Shown here: piece by piece, positions 14,876 through 29,047 of the stretch
Position numbering within the stretch: position 1 is the stretch's first letter
How the letters are laid out: the number at the start of each line of letters is the position of its first letter
From: the human T2T-CHM13v2.0 reference genome, Homo sapiens
Direction: 5' to 3' (one strand)
DNA: 64,000 nucleotides
Assembly: GCF_009914755.1 (NCBI RefSeq)
Contig: NC_060939.1
The notes under the pieces: generated by a model
What the model was told of the DNA's origin: nothing
The model's input: the letters and a program-made list of their open reading frames with translations, nothing else
Database searches by the model: none
Position numbers and translations under genes: made by a program

Positions 14876-16381
14876 GATTTTCTTTTTGAGAATCTTGAAG
14901 AATTTAGTTTATTCATCTAAGGAGGAAAAGAGAAGTTTATAAATAAGCTTTCTATCACAAGTGAGCATGGCTACTATTTGGAGTTTTCTGAATCAGGATC
15001 TAAGTGAGCATTGTGAATTTAAGTGGTGCACATTGAATTAGTGCAATTATATTAAATGATTTGAGATTTGAGATTACAGGCCTGCTATGAACATTTGTGC
15101 TTAGACAGGAAAATTTACATTTAACAAACGACAAGGAGGAGCCAAATGTGAAAAGAGACCAGAGAAAAATAGCATCAGTTGAAGATTAACAAATAGAAAT
15201 TCACATTAAATTCAAGTCCATAGTTCCAGCATATTAATTTCATTCAAGTTTCTCCAGTTTCCAAATTCATTTTAGAATTATGAGGCTGTCCAGTCACGTT
15301 TATACTTTTTTAATGCTATTCCTGTTTCCCAGACTCTAAAAGGTAGTAATTTGGCCTGTTATGCTTAGATAAACACCTGGAAACTCTCCTGGGAAAGATC
15401 CCAACTCCAGACATAGTTAAAAAAAATCCTCACATGTGTTTCTTATTATAAGAAACTATTACTCTGCAGACAAGAGAAAATTCCCATGTCTTCAATGAGT
15501 TGCCAATTATGTCACATTATGTGATGAAGCACTTATGACTAATATATAAGTAATTGTATCCAAAACGTAGAATAATAAAAGGGAAGATGAAGAAGAAAAA
15601 CGATTTTATTTAAACTGCTAGAAGACTATTTTTTTTAATTCAGGTCTTAGATTGTGACAAAATGATATATAATTCACAAAAATCTACCAAATAGATTGTA
15701 TTGTTGTATTTTATGATTTTGGCAAGACTACTCATTAGAAATCTGATCACACTGCTTCAGGTTTAAGGCAGCAATCTTTGGATAGCTATATATCCATTTA
15801 GCTACTATTGTTTTCTAAAATTGAAATTGAAATATAACTTCTTATTCTTACTCTTTTTATTATTAGAGTAAAATAGTAGAAAACGATTTATAAAGCTGCT
15901 AATATCTAGGGAAAGGTATAATGTGCAAATCAGAAATAAAAAAATTTATCAAAATACAGTGTGATCAAGAAGGGACTCAAGAGGAACTGATCAATTCCAT
16001 TTAGAGTTACACAAGTGTGAACCATGAGTAGGTAGCAGCTTCTTATAAGGTGTCTACTAAAACTCCTTTCTTAGGGAAACCATGACTGACTATTATGATA
16101 GCCTCTGACCAGGTAGATAGAGAAAATATATATCTGATACGTAGTACCAAACTCCACAAAAATAGGGATGCACTGATAGTGCTCAATTTTAGCTAATGTT
16201 TTATATAGGAAATATGCTATGTAAAGGTGGAGATAACCAGTTACTAGGCAGGAATTTTGATAGCATGAGAAGTGGGAGTAGTGCCTGTGGTCACTTTGGC
16301 TACCATAATAAACACAACAAAAGAAAAACTTGAGGAAATAATCCAGTCCACCTTCTATGATTCCTGTGGTCGTAACTCTTT

Positions 16382-16772
<391 letters not shown>

Positions 16773-17199
16773 TGAACTCCCCCTATGATTTCTCTCATCC
16801 ATGCCTAAAAGACCAAAATAAGAATACATATGTACAATCTGTGGGGGAGGAAAACCTTATTAACCCTAAGATGTAATATTCACTATTTTTAAATGAACAA
16901 CAAAAACAACAAACCATATTTGTTTGACATTCTGATGTCAAACAGACATTGGAAAGGATTCACTAATAGAGAAAAGAAGCATTTAATATCTCAGGGAAAT
17001 ATTTTCTGGTTTTGAAGATGATACACTAAATGAAAATGCTTGAAAGTCTCTCATTTCATTTATAAACTTTAATGATGAAACTACAGTATAGAATCATGGA
17101 AAAGGGAAACTATATAGACTGAGTATAGTGCTCACACTAGAGGTAGAAAATGTATCACTTAAAGAATGCAATAGACAGCAATGGCAAATTGGATGAAGT

Positions 17200-17710
17200 G
17201 AACAGTGTTCTTGGTTTTACGGAAGAGAATAGATTAGCCTGAAGAATTTGTTGGCTCACATAACTGGATATTTCTGGAGAACAGATTTAGCTTCAGGCAT
17301 GGCTTGATTCTGAGCTCAAATAATATGGTCAGCTTTATCTAGTCTACAGCTTTACTTGTCTGCCTTTTGTTTACTTGGCCTCAATTTTTCTTACCGTATG
17401 CAGGCTTTCAAAGTAGTACCTGACAAGATATTCATCAGAAGCTCTAGGCCTATTTGCTTTTAGCTCATACTCCTAAAGGAAAAGAAAAACCTCAAGTTCC
17501 CCCAAAACTTTCTCAAGGAAAACTTTGATTGGCCTGGGAAAAAGTCACACACCCATATCTGAAAATATCACTGTATCCCCTGAGATGTAGCACTATGATT
17601 GTCAAATGCCTGTTCCTGTGTCTGAGATTGGAGTTTGATACCATGATTAATAGCCACACCAGCACTACATGGAATCGAGACATTCCTAAAAGAATCAGAT
17701 TAAGTGCAGT
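17200..17710 (-). mobile_element. MLT1K/L-like MaLR solo LTR
   Basis: GAATTTGTTGGCTCACATAACTG, AGCTTCAGGCATGGCTTGAT, TGATTGGCC..GTCACACACCCAT. Confidence 0.75.
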
Positions 17711-18598
17711 ATGTTCTTAAACTTGCTATAAACAATATTAGCTGCAATCTGCTAGTTTGTGAAATCCAAAAACATATATAAATCAATGAATTGGGACACA
17801 TCGCCATTGAATTTTCCAAAGACTCAAGAGAAAAACAAAGAAATGAAAATAATACGAAAAAGACATAAGAGATATGTACTTTTGGGGTGAAAAATTCAGT
17901 ATTGTTAAGACAGGAATCCAGATAGAGTAGGACGCAGAAAAGAGGTGTGTGCAAACACACAGCAGGGGTCTACAGTACAAAATGCCTCTGGCTAGCCATC
18001 CACAGTGCAGCCCTTCTGGGCTTCTCACAGATATCTGGGAAAAATGAACACAAACAATAAAGCATATGGAGTTGAATTGAGTAAGTTCTTTATTTTTCCT
18101 CTTATGCTACAATTTCCTTTTGTTTCTTGAAACTAAAGAAGTACTTTTTTAAAAAGGAAGACTCAATTTACCTTCTCCAGAACCAAGAGTTGTACCAAAA
18201 TACGTGAAATAAAACACAACTTTTATTTTATATCATTCACTGTTGCTCGTCTTTGAGGCAATCAGACCTCTGTTCAACAGGATATGCCTTCTCACAGTTA
18301 CCATTTTTCAGCATCTCAGAACAATTAGGCAGCAAGGAAAATAGGCTCTGCATACGTTGGAAGGACTATTTCTTTCAAATAAAGTGTTGTAGGAGAGGGT
18401 TGACAATGGGAACCTGCCAGCAGATGTTTATCATGGCTTTTTATTATTTCCTTGGTTCAAAATTACAAAGACTCCGGGCCATCTCCATTGGCAATACACC
18501 AATAGAGGGTGTCCTGGAAAGCAAGAATAAGAATGGTTGTGAGAACTGAAATGGTAATGCATACGAGTGGACAGGGAGGAACAAATGGAAATTTACTA

Positions 18599-20000
<1,402 letters not shown>

Positions 20001-21179
20001 TCTAAAGAGATAGAGCAAAATTAACAATCAGACTCAGAGTATAAAAAGTCTGATATTGGGCTTTAAAATTGATTAACTAGAGCTAAACCTGATAAAAATC
20101 TCTGTCTGGCTACCTAGCTAGCTCACTGTCTTTCCCTCAATTTCTTTCTCTCTCCCCTTAATCTTACCAGGCTGCCCATAAGGTCCTGATGAGCAGCCAG
20201 GTTTAGGTACCACCACTCTAGAATCTACACTGAGGACAGATCTACACAGGGATATAGCTGACCTTGCAAAATATGACCTAGCTATTGGATTGAAGAAAGA
20301 TGACTAAGATGAGAGCCACCCACTGGTTTGGGAGGAGAAAGGAAGTAATCCAAAGAAATACAGCAGGCTTGGGACATTGTTGAAGGCTCAGGGGTTCTTG
20401 AGGGTAAGGTTTAATTGAGTAGGAGGAAAACTGAAAGCAGACATTCAAGGGATGGTGCCTGGGAAATGGGAAATTAGAGCCAGGGCTGACATATGCACAA
20501 GCACATAGAAATTGAATTGGGGGAGCAGCTGCTATGAGGGCTGGGACTGGCATAGAATGTAAAGAAGGTTAACATTCTGGGATTTTTTTTTCAGAGTCCA
20601 AGTCAAGGAATAGAAGTAGTCAGTTCGTGGTGGAGTTGCATTGATGATTCCAGAGCGGTTCCTGCTCCTCCTCTTTAAGCCAGTGTGTTTTACCAAAGAT
20701 TTTCGGGACAAAGAAAAAGCCAGGCAGTAGGTGCCAAATACAGTGACTCATCAGATGACCCTGCTGTTTATCTCCAACATTTTCATGAACAGCTTTCAAG
20801 GAATGAAGGAAGGAAATGTTCTGTGTCCATAAAGTAGGATTGGAAACAGTTGACTTGTATGAACATGGCCAACACAAAATAGTCCAGGGGGATGTGGAAT
20901 ATTTGAGGAGAACAACATTAGACTGAGAAATTATGACAGTCAGGAAAAGAAAAATTGTACCAAATATCAAAGAACGTGAGTTTTTTTCAACAGAAAACTA
21001 AAGCGATAGATGGAACCTGTGAGTTCACTTCTAAAGGAGCATTAAAAAAAAAATGAAACCTAGGAAAATTTCTGGGAAGAACATCATTGTAAGGAGTGGA
21101 AATATAGTTTTCCTGAAGCATTAGATGCAACCAATGATGCTATAATGCATGCTTGTTTAAGGGTTCTGGTAAAACAGTA

Positions 21180-21430
21180 TGGTTGTTAAAAGATAAGCTC
21201 CAGAATTTGAGACAGCATAGATGACAAGTTACAGAGAAACATCTTGAATAAAACAGCGGAAGTTGTTCATGGGTAGGATTTATGGTAGATCCTTGGAGAC
21301 AGGGAGGACCCTTCTGAATTCAAGAAAGCCAACATACCTTTAATTACCAAGAAAAAGAGGAGTTACAGATTAGAAAATTTGACTCTGGTGATAGGAAAAG
21401 TCACAGAAACTTGATATGAAATAAGATAAT
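21180..21430 (+). mobile_element. CR1/L3 LINE ORF2 relic (region just upstream of RT core)
   Basis: From 21316 translates EFKKANIPLITKKKRSYRLENLTLVIGKVTET, preceded after a frameshift by SLETG; resembles CR1 'TGEVPEDWKxANVxPIFKKG..NYRPVSLTSxPGKxxE'. Confidence 0.65.
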
Positions 21431-21782
21431 AAACCAGATGGAGAAATACGACTGATGGAGCTATAAGAAGTCTCAACTGTGTAATTAAAATAAACTCATT
21501 TTGCTAATGAGTTAGATATTTTTAAGTCTACACATTTGAAAAGGGAACGGAGAAGAAAAGAAAAACTTCATTGTATTTCAGGAGCAATCTGTCTCACCTG
21601 CTACACAAGGAATATTGCTATGTGAAAACAAAGGTTTACTCAGCAATCATGCAGTGACGGCGTTCCAAATTTTCAGTTATTTATTTCCTTGCGTTGGAGT
21701 AAATAAGAGTAAATAACAAATATAGTACTGATCAATCATGCTTATCCAGCTGGAGCTGGTGAGACAGCAGATTGCAGAAATA

Positions 21783-22100
21783 TCATTCATTTATCCAACA
21801 AACAATGGTAGAAAATTTATGTGCCAAATCCTGTGTTGGACACTAGAAATTCAAAGATCAGTAAGACATTGCACCTCGATGAGTTTACCATGTGGGAGAG
21901 ATACATAATGCCATAATTACTATCTAATGTGATAATAGAGCCCTCCTCACCAGTCTATGGAGACAAAGATAGACACTTAATGCAGCCCGAAAGAGAGAAG
22001 TGACCAGTCAAGCCTTCCTTGGTTAGAGAGATCCCAGCCATGTTTAGAGTGACAGCAAAGATTTCAGTGATTTGGGAAAGAAGAGAGATGCTTCACATTT
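21783..22100 (-). mobile_element. L2 3' end
   Basis: TCATTCATTTATCCAACAAAC..TATGTGCCAAATCCTGTGTTGGACACTAG. Confidence 0.75.
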
Positions 22101-22319
22101 TAAGCACAAGATAGTTTTCAGGGTGCAGAGAAGAGTAATTTTTCTAAGGACCCAGAGGATCCAGTAGACCTCTGTGGATCATGACACCTGGGAGAGTCCC
22201 AGACATCAGGGCGACTGGAAGGCTCTTCCCCAACCAGGGCATATTCCAAGGCTCCAAGGCTCCAGCTCTCAGAAAGCTTTGGGGAATGTTCTAACAGAGG
22301 TACATGATGCAACGGAAGC

Positions 22320-22495
22320 TTGCTGAGATGATGATGAGACCAATTAGGTACCCTAGATGCAAAATATAAGGAGACTCCCACAGTCAAGGTTGTGCAAGTG
22401 AAGTATCAGTATTTGTACAATTCATGAAGAGTGAGTGCCTCCTTACATTTTTTGCCTTGCAGAAGCTCATTTCTCTCCCTTCCTGCTCAGGCCTC
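22320..22495. mobile_element. MER96-like palindromic hAT MITE
   Basis: Arms GCAAAATATAAGGAGACTC and GAGTGCCTCCTTACATTTTTTGC are imperfect reverse complements. Confidence 0.7.
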
Positions 22496-22589
22496 TGCAG
22501 GATAAACCCCAAAGAAATAGATGAGCAGGAGGCTCCTAACAAGTCAATCTGCTGCTGGTCTATCCTCTTCTATTTTTCCTCCATGCTGG

Positions 22590-23660
22590 TTTAATCTGGT
22601 TTTGGACAGAAGGAAAGCAACTGATTCTCTCATATAGGTGGGAAGTGGTTGAGGAATGGAGTGAACACAAATAATTTTGCGGGAGGGCAGGAAGTTGAAT
22701 GAGTTCCTGTCGGAAGACCTCAATCTTCTTTATGAAGTGAAAGGTGAAATCATTGCTGTGGGTATCTTAGTTTGCTAGGACTGCCGTAACAAAATACCAC
22801 AGACTGGGTGTCCTAAATAACAGAAATTTATTTTCTCACCTTTCTGGAGGGTAGAAATCTAAGTTAAAGCTGCCAGCAGTGTTGGTTTCTCTGGAGGTCT
22901 CTCTCCTCAGCCTGCAGATGGCTGCCTGCTCTCTGTCTTCACGTGGCCTTTCCTCTGTGGGCTCACATCCTTGCTGTATCTTCTCTTATAAGGACAACCA
23001 TTCTGTTGGATTAGGGTCCCACTCTTATGACCTCTTTAAATGTAATTACCTTCTTAAAGACTGTATCTCCAAACAGAGGCACATCAGGGGTGAAGACTTC
23101 AACATGTGGTTTTGGGATAGACACAATTTAGTCCATCACAGTGGGTAAGGTAGATGAGGTGGATTAGGAGTTTGGAGAGGGATAAGAAGTTACAAGAGGT
23201 GTAGAGGGGAAATTGACTAAGAATAAGCAAAAATTCACCAAGGTAAGCAAGCCACGTTGATAGCTCTAAGGTTGGGGCCCTTGGGTACATGATAATGGCT
23301 AGTCTGTGTGGCTGAGCAACATTCATTAGAAGGAAGTTCCCTTAGCAGCCCAGATGTTTGAATGGAGACAGTGGGCCGGGAGACTGACTGCACCAGAAAG
23401 GGAAACTATCAGGTATGCAAGGACATGTTTAGTACTAAGAGAAAACAGATCGTTGATGAACTACAGAGTCAAGGCTGGAAAGGCTGGAAAGGCTGGCACA
23501 CAAATGAATGGACTGAAGAGTTGAAAGAAGGAAGCCTGTATAGAGTGAATGGTGAGTCATGGGGAATGGGAACTTGAGAGAGCTGAAGGGACGCAGAGTA
23601 GTGTAGAGCATGCGATATTGGAGTATGAGATTTCAGAGATAAAATAAGCTTAGGGTTTGA
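22590..23660 (-). mobile_element. L2 internal fragment interrupted by MLT1B
   Basis: Purine-rich antisense L2 (GGCAGGAAGTTGAATGAGTTC..CTCAATCTTCTTTATGAAGT) continues across the LTR. Confidence 0.65.
22763..23140 (-). mobile_element. MLT1B MaLR solo LTR
   Basis: TTAGTTTGCTAGGACTGCCGTAACAAAATACCACAGACTG...GACACAATTTAGTCCATCACA; exact 5-bp TSD GTGGG. Confidence 0.92.
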
Positions 23661-23760
23661 TTTGTGAGTAAATGTCTGAAGTAGTTAAATATGTGGTTAA
23701 ATATAGTGTTAAATATAGAAACATCTGGGAAATGCATTTTTAAAAGTTAGCGTCTATCTA

Positions 23761-24199
23761 ATGGAATCAACCCAAATGACCATCAGTGATAGACTGAGTA
23801 AAGAAAATGTGGTACATATACACCATGGAATACTATGTGGCCATAAAAAGGAATGAAATCATGTCCTTTGCAGGGACATGGATGGAGCTGGAGTTCAGTA
23901 TCCCCAGCAAACTAACACAGGAACAGAAAACCAAACAACACAGGCTCTCACTTACAAGTGGGAGCTGAACACTGACAACACATGGACACAGAGAGGAGAA
24001 CAACACTCACTGGGGCCTGCCATGAGGTAGGGTTGCAGGAGGGAGAGCATCAGGAAAAATAGCTAATGCATGCTGGGCTTAATACCTAGGTGATGGGTAG
24101 ATAGATGCAGCAAACCACCATGGTACACATTTACCTATGTAACAAACATGCACAGCCTGCACATGTACCCCAGAACTTAAAATAAAAATTAAAATAAAA
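23761..24199 (+). mobile_element. 5'-truncated L1PA13-like 3' end
   Basis: ORF2 end plus 3' UTR (GCTAATGCATGCTGGGCTTAATACCTAGG), A tail; TSD AGCGTCTATCTA / AGTGTCTATCTA. Confidence 0.92.
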
Positions 24200-24351
24200 A
24201 GTGTCTATCTAAATAACAATTAGAATAATACTTTGGGACAACTTCAAGAAAAAAAGGCTAATAACTAAAATGGTGATCTGTAATACAGGTAAATTTCTTA
24301 AAGTTCTGTTTGTGACCCTCCCCAAGGTGAGTCTTAAGAAAAAGAAGAGGA

Positions 24352-24641
24352 GGCTAGGCACGGTGATTCACATCTGTAATCTCAGCACTTTGAGAGGCCG
24401 AGGCAGGCGGATCACTTAAGTTCAGAAGTTTGAGACCAGCCTGGGCAACGTGGTGAAATCCTGTATCTAACAAAAATATAAAAAAATTAGCCTGGCATGG
24501 CAGTGCATGCCTGTGGTTCCAGCTGTTTGGGAGGCTGAGGTAGGAGGATCGTTTGAGCCCAGGAGACAGAGGTTGCAGTGAGTGAGTCGATTCCACCACT
24601 GCACTCCAAACTGGGTGACAGAGTGAGACCCTGTCAAAAAA
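24352..24641 (+). mobile_element. AluJb-like SINE
   Basis: Full dimer, GGAGGATCGTTTGAGCCCAGG, GAGACCCTGTC. Confidence 0.93.
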
Positions 24642-24712
24642 GAAGGAAAGGAAAGGAAAGGAAAGGGAAGGGGAAGGGGAAGGGGAAGGGGAAGGGAAAG
24701 GAGGAAAGAAAA
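24636..24712. repeat. Polypurine (GGAAA)n/(GGGGAA)n tract in the Alu tail
   Basis: Directly visible. Confidence 0.95.
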
Positions 24713-25659
24713 TAAGCAGTTTTTAAGATGAATGTAGATAATTTCAATTTTCCACAGACCCTTGTTATGGTTACACCTCCTTAGAAAAGAGATGCATTTA
24801 TACCAACATGTTGAAATTCAGTAAGGAATTTAGGGGCATTACGAAGTAAATTTAAATCTAAAATATGAAATGAATCAAAGATAATTTTGCATTTCTCACT
24901 GAGAGCTGTCAAGGATAATCATTTGTCTTTAACTTAATTGCCACTATTAATTAGACCTCTGGATGGGTTCTGGAGAAAATAGGCCCGAAAGAATAGTCCC
25001 TCCTAATGTAACAACCTTAGGGGAGATGACCCATTCAGGTCTGGTCCTTCTTTGACAGAAGGATGATCTTTAGACAACCTGGCCGTGGTAAAAGAACAAG
25101 ACTATTGTAGTTTGCACATCCTTTCTTTTCAGATAATTCTTTGATGTCAAAACCAAAACTCTATCTTTGCCTGGCTGGGTCTTGGCAAGGATACAGTGCA
25201 ATCAATTCATGGAGCAGGTAGCATCACTAACAAGATATCCTTTTTCAATTATACCCATCCTGAGGACAAAGGTGCTCATTAGCCAAGGAGAGCACCCTTT
25301 CCTGGAATCAGGGGTGGCAGAAAGTAAACATTGGTGCAATTTTACTTTTTTTAAACTATGTTCCGTAAATATATCTTTCATGTATTAATGAGTGTACCTG
25401 ACACAAAGAATGCTCGATTTGGCCAAAATCTTCAAATAGAGTTGGAAGCTATGAATTAAATAATTACATAGTCCTTGTGTAACAGTTAGGAAGCATCACC
25501 CCCTCTTTAGATGAAACAATGTGTATATAACTCAAAAAATTATCTTCTGAAAGAATGAATTAGGTAGGAGCCAGAAAATGTTTGTGATGATGATTTTGCC
25601 TGGTTCCTAAAGTAGACAATATGTATGTCTTTAGAGTCGATATTATACAGTCCTTGAAG

Positions 25660-26530
25660 TGATATAAAAATAGTATTTTAATCAATTCTGCCATTTTTCT
25701 CTTTTTAAAGTTCACTGATTTCTTATTACAAATTTCATAAAAATTATCTCTTGCCTTAATTTGCTTTATTATGTTTTCTAACTTTTGGTTACATTTTAAA
25801 ATAATTGTCATTTTTTAACCAGTTGATATTAAAGCAATTTAAGCTAAAATTTTTGCTGTAAGTATAGCTTTGGCCTTTACTATTAGGCTAACATGATAAT
25901 ATTTAATGTTTTCATTGACTTGTAGAGGTTGTCTGAACTTCAGATTATTTAGAAAGCAATGTTGGTTTACTCTTTGACCCAGGAGAGCTTTAGGTAAATT
26001 TCATGTTTAAATTTTGAAGTGTTTTACTTTTACATTTCTTTTATTTGTTTTTTAATGAAATGTATCTGTTTATCACATTATGGTCACAGAGTGTGGTCTT
26101 TATAATTTCCATTATTGAGGCTTTCTTTGTAACTTAGCATGTAATTGATTTTTTATGTTTTTCATAGGAATTTTATAAAGAATGTGTGTTTTCAGTTCTT
26201 TGTTTATAAAAATCAAAGCTATATATATGTGTATATATATATACATATGTTTCAATTTTATTAATGACATTTTGAAGTTCCTCTATTTTCTTTTCATAGA
26301 GAAGTTTTTGTTTGTTTCTGCTATCCAGCATCCACTTTCCTTAATTGAGCTCGTAGAACCTTGTTTTGTTAAATCGAGGTAATATACAGTAAAATGCTTA
26401 GTTTGATGAATTTTGACAACTGTATACACTCACATAATCACCGTCCTAAACAAACTACAGAACACTTCCATCGCCTCAGGAGCTCTCCTATGTCCCTTTC
26501 GAGTCAATCTCTTTCTCCCCAAAACGACTG
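25660..26530 (-). mobile_element. Old L1ME fragments (ORF2 and 3' UTR pieces)
   Basis: ATTATGGTCACAGAGTGTGGTCTTTATAATTTC; TTTGATGAATTTTGACAACTGTATACAC. Confidence 0.65.
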
Positions 26531-26589
26531 TCTGCCTTGAAACTTAACTTTGGAAAGAGCAATATTCTCCCTCTGTATCTTACCAGATT

Positions 26590-27064
26590 TAGAAGCATAT
26601 AACAGAAACACATGAATTGTAGTGGCTGGAATAAAAAGTAGTTATTTTGATTATTACAATAAAAGAAGTCTGGGGGCACACAGCCCAGAATCCAGCTTTC
26701 TACTAGGTCGTGTTAACACTTACTCTCCACGTTCAAAATCACCTTCTAGTTTCAGGTTGGACTCTGCAGCTGAAACCAACATATTCTAGAAAATAGAAAG
26801 GAAGAAGGGGAAAGGAGAAGGGCGAGGGTAAATAGGTGACCTCCCTGCTGACCCAGATAGCTTTAAAACAGTTATTCCAGAAGGCTCACTCAAAAGTTTC
26901 CACTTATATCTGGTGGACCATCCCCATCCCCAAGGAAAGCTAGGAAATGTCAGAGCTTTTTGTTTTTTAAGCAGGGCATATTGATTTACCTCTAGTGCTA
27001 CAGGGGTCTTAGAAAGAAGGTCAGGAAGAAGGGCTATTGAATAGGGTCCCAGTGCCTCTGTCAC
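26590..27064 (-). mobile_element. MLT1J-like MaLR solo LTR
   Basis: AAGAAGTCTGGGGG.., CAAGGAAAGCTAGGAAATGT, ..CTCTGTCACA end. Confidence 0.65.
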
Positions 27065-28268
27065 ATCCACCGTCGGTCTTAGCCTTCTGGTGAAGCTGGT
27101 TTTTATCCCCAGCTCCAAGTCTGGAACCTGTGACCTCCGCCTACACCAATCAGTGTATTTTATTTTCCTGGCCATAAAGATTTATTTTAAGACGGTCCCA
27201 TCAGAACAAACAAGTCTGCTGATGAAACGGGAGAGTTCCGTGATCCCCCTTGCAAGGTGTGTGACAAGGGTGTAGCTGCCAGGCAAGTGCGGGAGCCAGG
27301 GTGAGTGCTTTGGGCTCCAGCCCCACGGTAGTGTCTAGGGGTGGGTGCCTGCAGCCCCACTGTTACAATGCTCTTTTAGGCTTGCCATTCACAGATGTCT
27401 TAAGTGTTAGCCAGCTCAATGGACCCTCTGCCTTTTTGCAAGGGCAGAGGGCCAGAGGACCAGTGTGACAGCTTTCGTGTCCTGAGCTCTTGCCCAGCAT
27501 CCTGGAAGAATTGGGTCACACACAGGCTTGAAGGATGAATGCGGGCTTTTATTGAGTGGTGGAGGTGGCTGTCAGCAGGACCTCTAGGGAGCTGAAAGGG
27601 GGGATGAAGTGGGAAGATGATCTTCCCTTGGAGTTTGTCCATCCAGCAAATGAACTCCTCTCCGACCGTCTCCAGCTGAACTCCCCTTGGTGATCAAACA
27701 TTCTCTTCTCTCTTTCTCTTCTGCGTCACTCCACCATTCATCTGCTTGTCTCCTCATCTCCTCACCGGCTCATCTGCTTCTGGAGCCTGGGGTTCAGGGT
27801 TTATATGGGTACGGGATAAGGGGCGTGGCAGGCCAAAAGGCAACTTTTTGGGTGTGAAAACAGGAATGCCTGTCCCCATTTAGGGCCAACGATCTCCAGG
27901 CTTGAGTGTGGGGCCTTTGCCAGGGAACCACCCTCTTCTACCCACTATTTCCCTGTCTCCTGTCCATATCACTATGGTGTATGTTTATCAGGGAAGCCTC
28001 CCCTTTCTCACAAAACCTAAAATTTTGTTGTACAGGATAGCTTGGCTATCTTGAGACCCTGCAGTAAGAGCTGCCTTTAAATTGAGTCAACGTAGGGCAG
28101 AGTGCAGCCAAGAGAGTCAGAAACTGTGTTTTTGCTCATTGTTTCTGCCCCTGACCTGAGGCTACCACTAGGGGTTTCCTTATGTGAACGAATAAGCCCC
28201 CCTTTATCTTTAACTAGTTTTGGTTGCATTTTCTTTCACTTGTAGAAGAAAGAGCCAAAGTGAAATAC
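27065..28268 (+). mobile_element. MLT1K/L-like LTR split by LTR1
   Basis: CCCCAGCTCCAAG..TGTGACC..CCAATCAG on the left; ..TATGTGAACGAATAAG..TCACTTGTAGAAGAAAGAGCC..ATAC on the right. Confidence 0.6.
27223..27971 (-). mobile_element. LTR1-family (ERV1, HUERS-P2) solo LTR
   Basis: Reverse strand starts TGATATGGACAGGAGACAGGGAAATAGTGGGTAGAAGAGGG and ends GGAACTCTCCCGTTTCA; TATA-like CATATAAAC present. Confidence 0.9.
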
Positions 28269-28589
28269 TTACCAGTGTTTTATGTACTTCATAGAAAAGC
28301 TAATAGGTATGTTGCATTTTCTCCAAATAAATGTGACCTTTGTTTTTACAAATTCTGTTTAATATATTTTATGTCTATGCTATTTGGTTCTAAAAAATTT
28401 ATTATTGTTTTGCTATACTTACTCTATATTGTATTTTTTAAACAATTAGGAACGCATCTTTTTGTCCTATTGACCTATTTTTGCCTCCATTGCTACTTTG
28501 TTCCTGATATCCTCCTTCCAACTTTGTTTGAATTTGCCTGGTATCTTTGCTTACCCTTCATTTGACCTTCTCTATTTTATTTAACACCG

Positions 28590-28650
28590 TATCTCTGAGG
28601 TCTAGGATAATACCTGACACATAGGGGGTGCTCAATAAATATTTTTGGGA
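28590..28650 (+). mobile_element. L2 tail fragment
   Basis: CCTGACACATAGGGGGTGCTCAATAAATATTT. Confidence 0.65.
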
Positions 28651-29047
28651 TAATTGTACAGGTTTTGTTTTGAAAGAGAATAATTAGATATAATTTTCTT
28701 TAATATATTATTTTTTTGCTGTTGCCTTTTCTTTTCCTCCTTTCTTCATAGACCTTTGCAATTCTGCTCTTCTATTTTGTCTCATTATTTGGAAGTAATG
28801 AATGCTCCATTTTTAGTCTTCATTTTAATTTTTTTAAGGACCGTATTTTACTTCTTTGTTTCTCACAATATCATGATCTGACTGTAAGTTGACAGATTTA
28901 TTGATTGGTTCTTAAGGTATTGAGGAAATATTGGGAAAATTATACAGTCTAAAAACAACATGAGCCAGAAAAAAATTTTTAGCATTGTAGTATTTCACTT
29001 ATTTCTCTAGCAATTATTATTAATTTGGTCGCATTTTTTTTGACATT

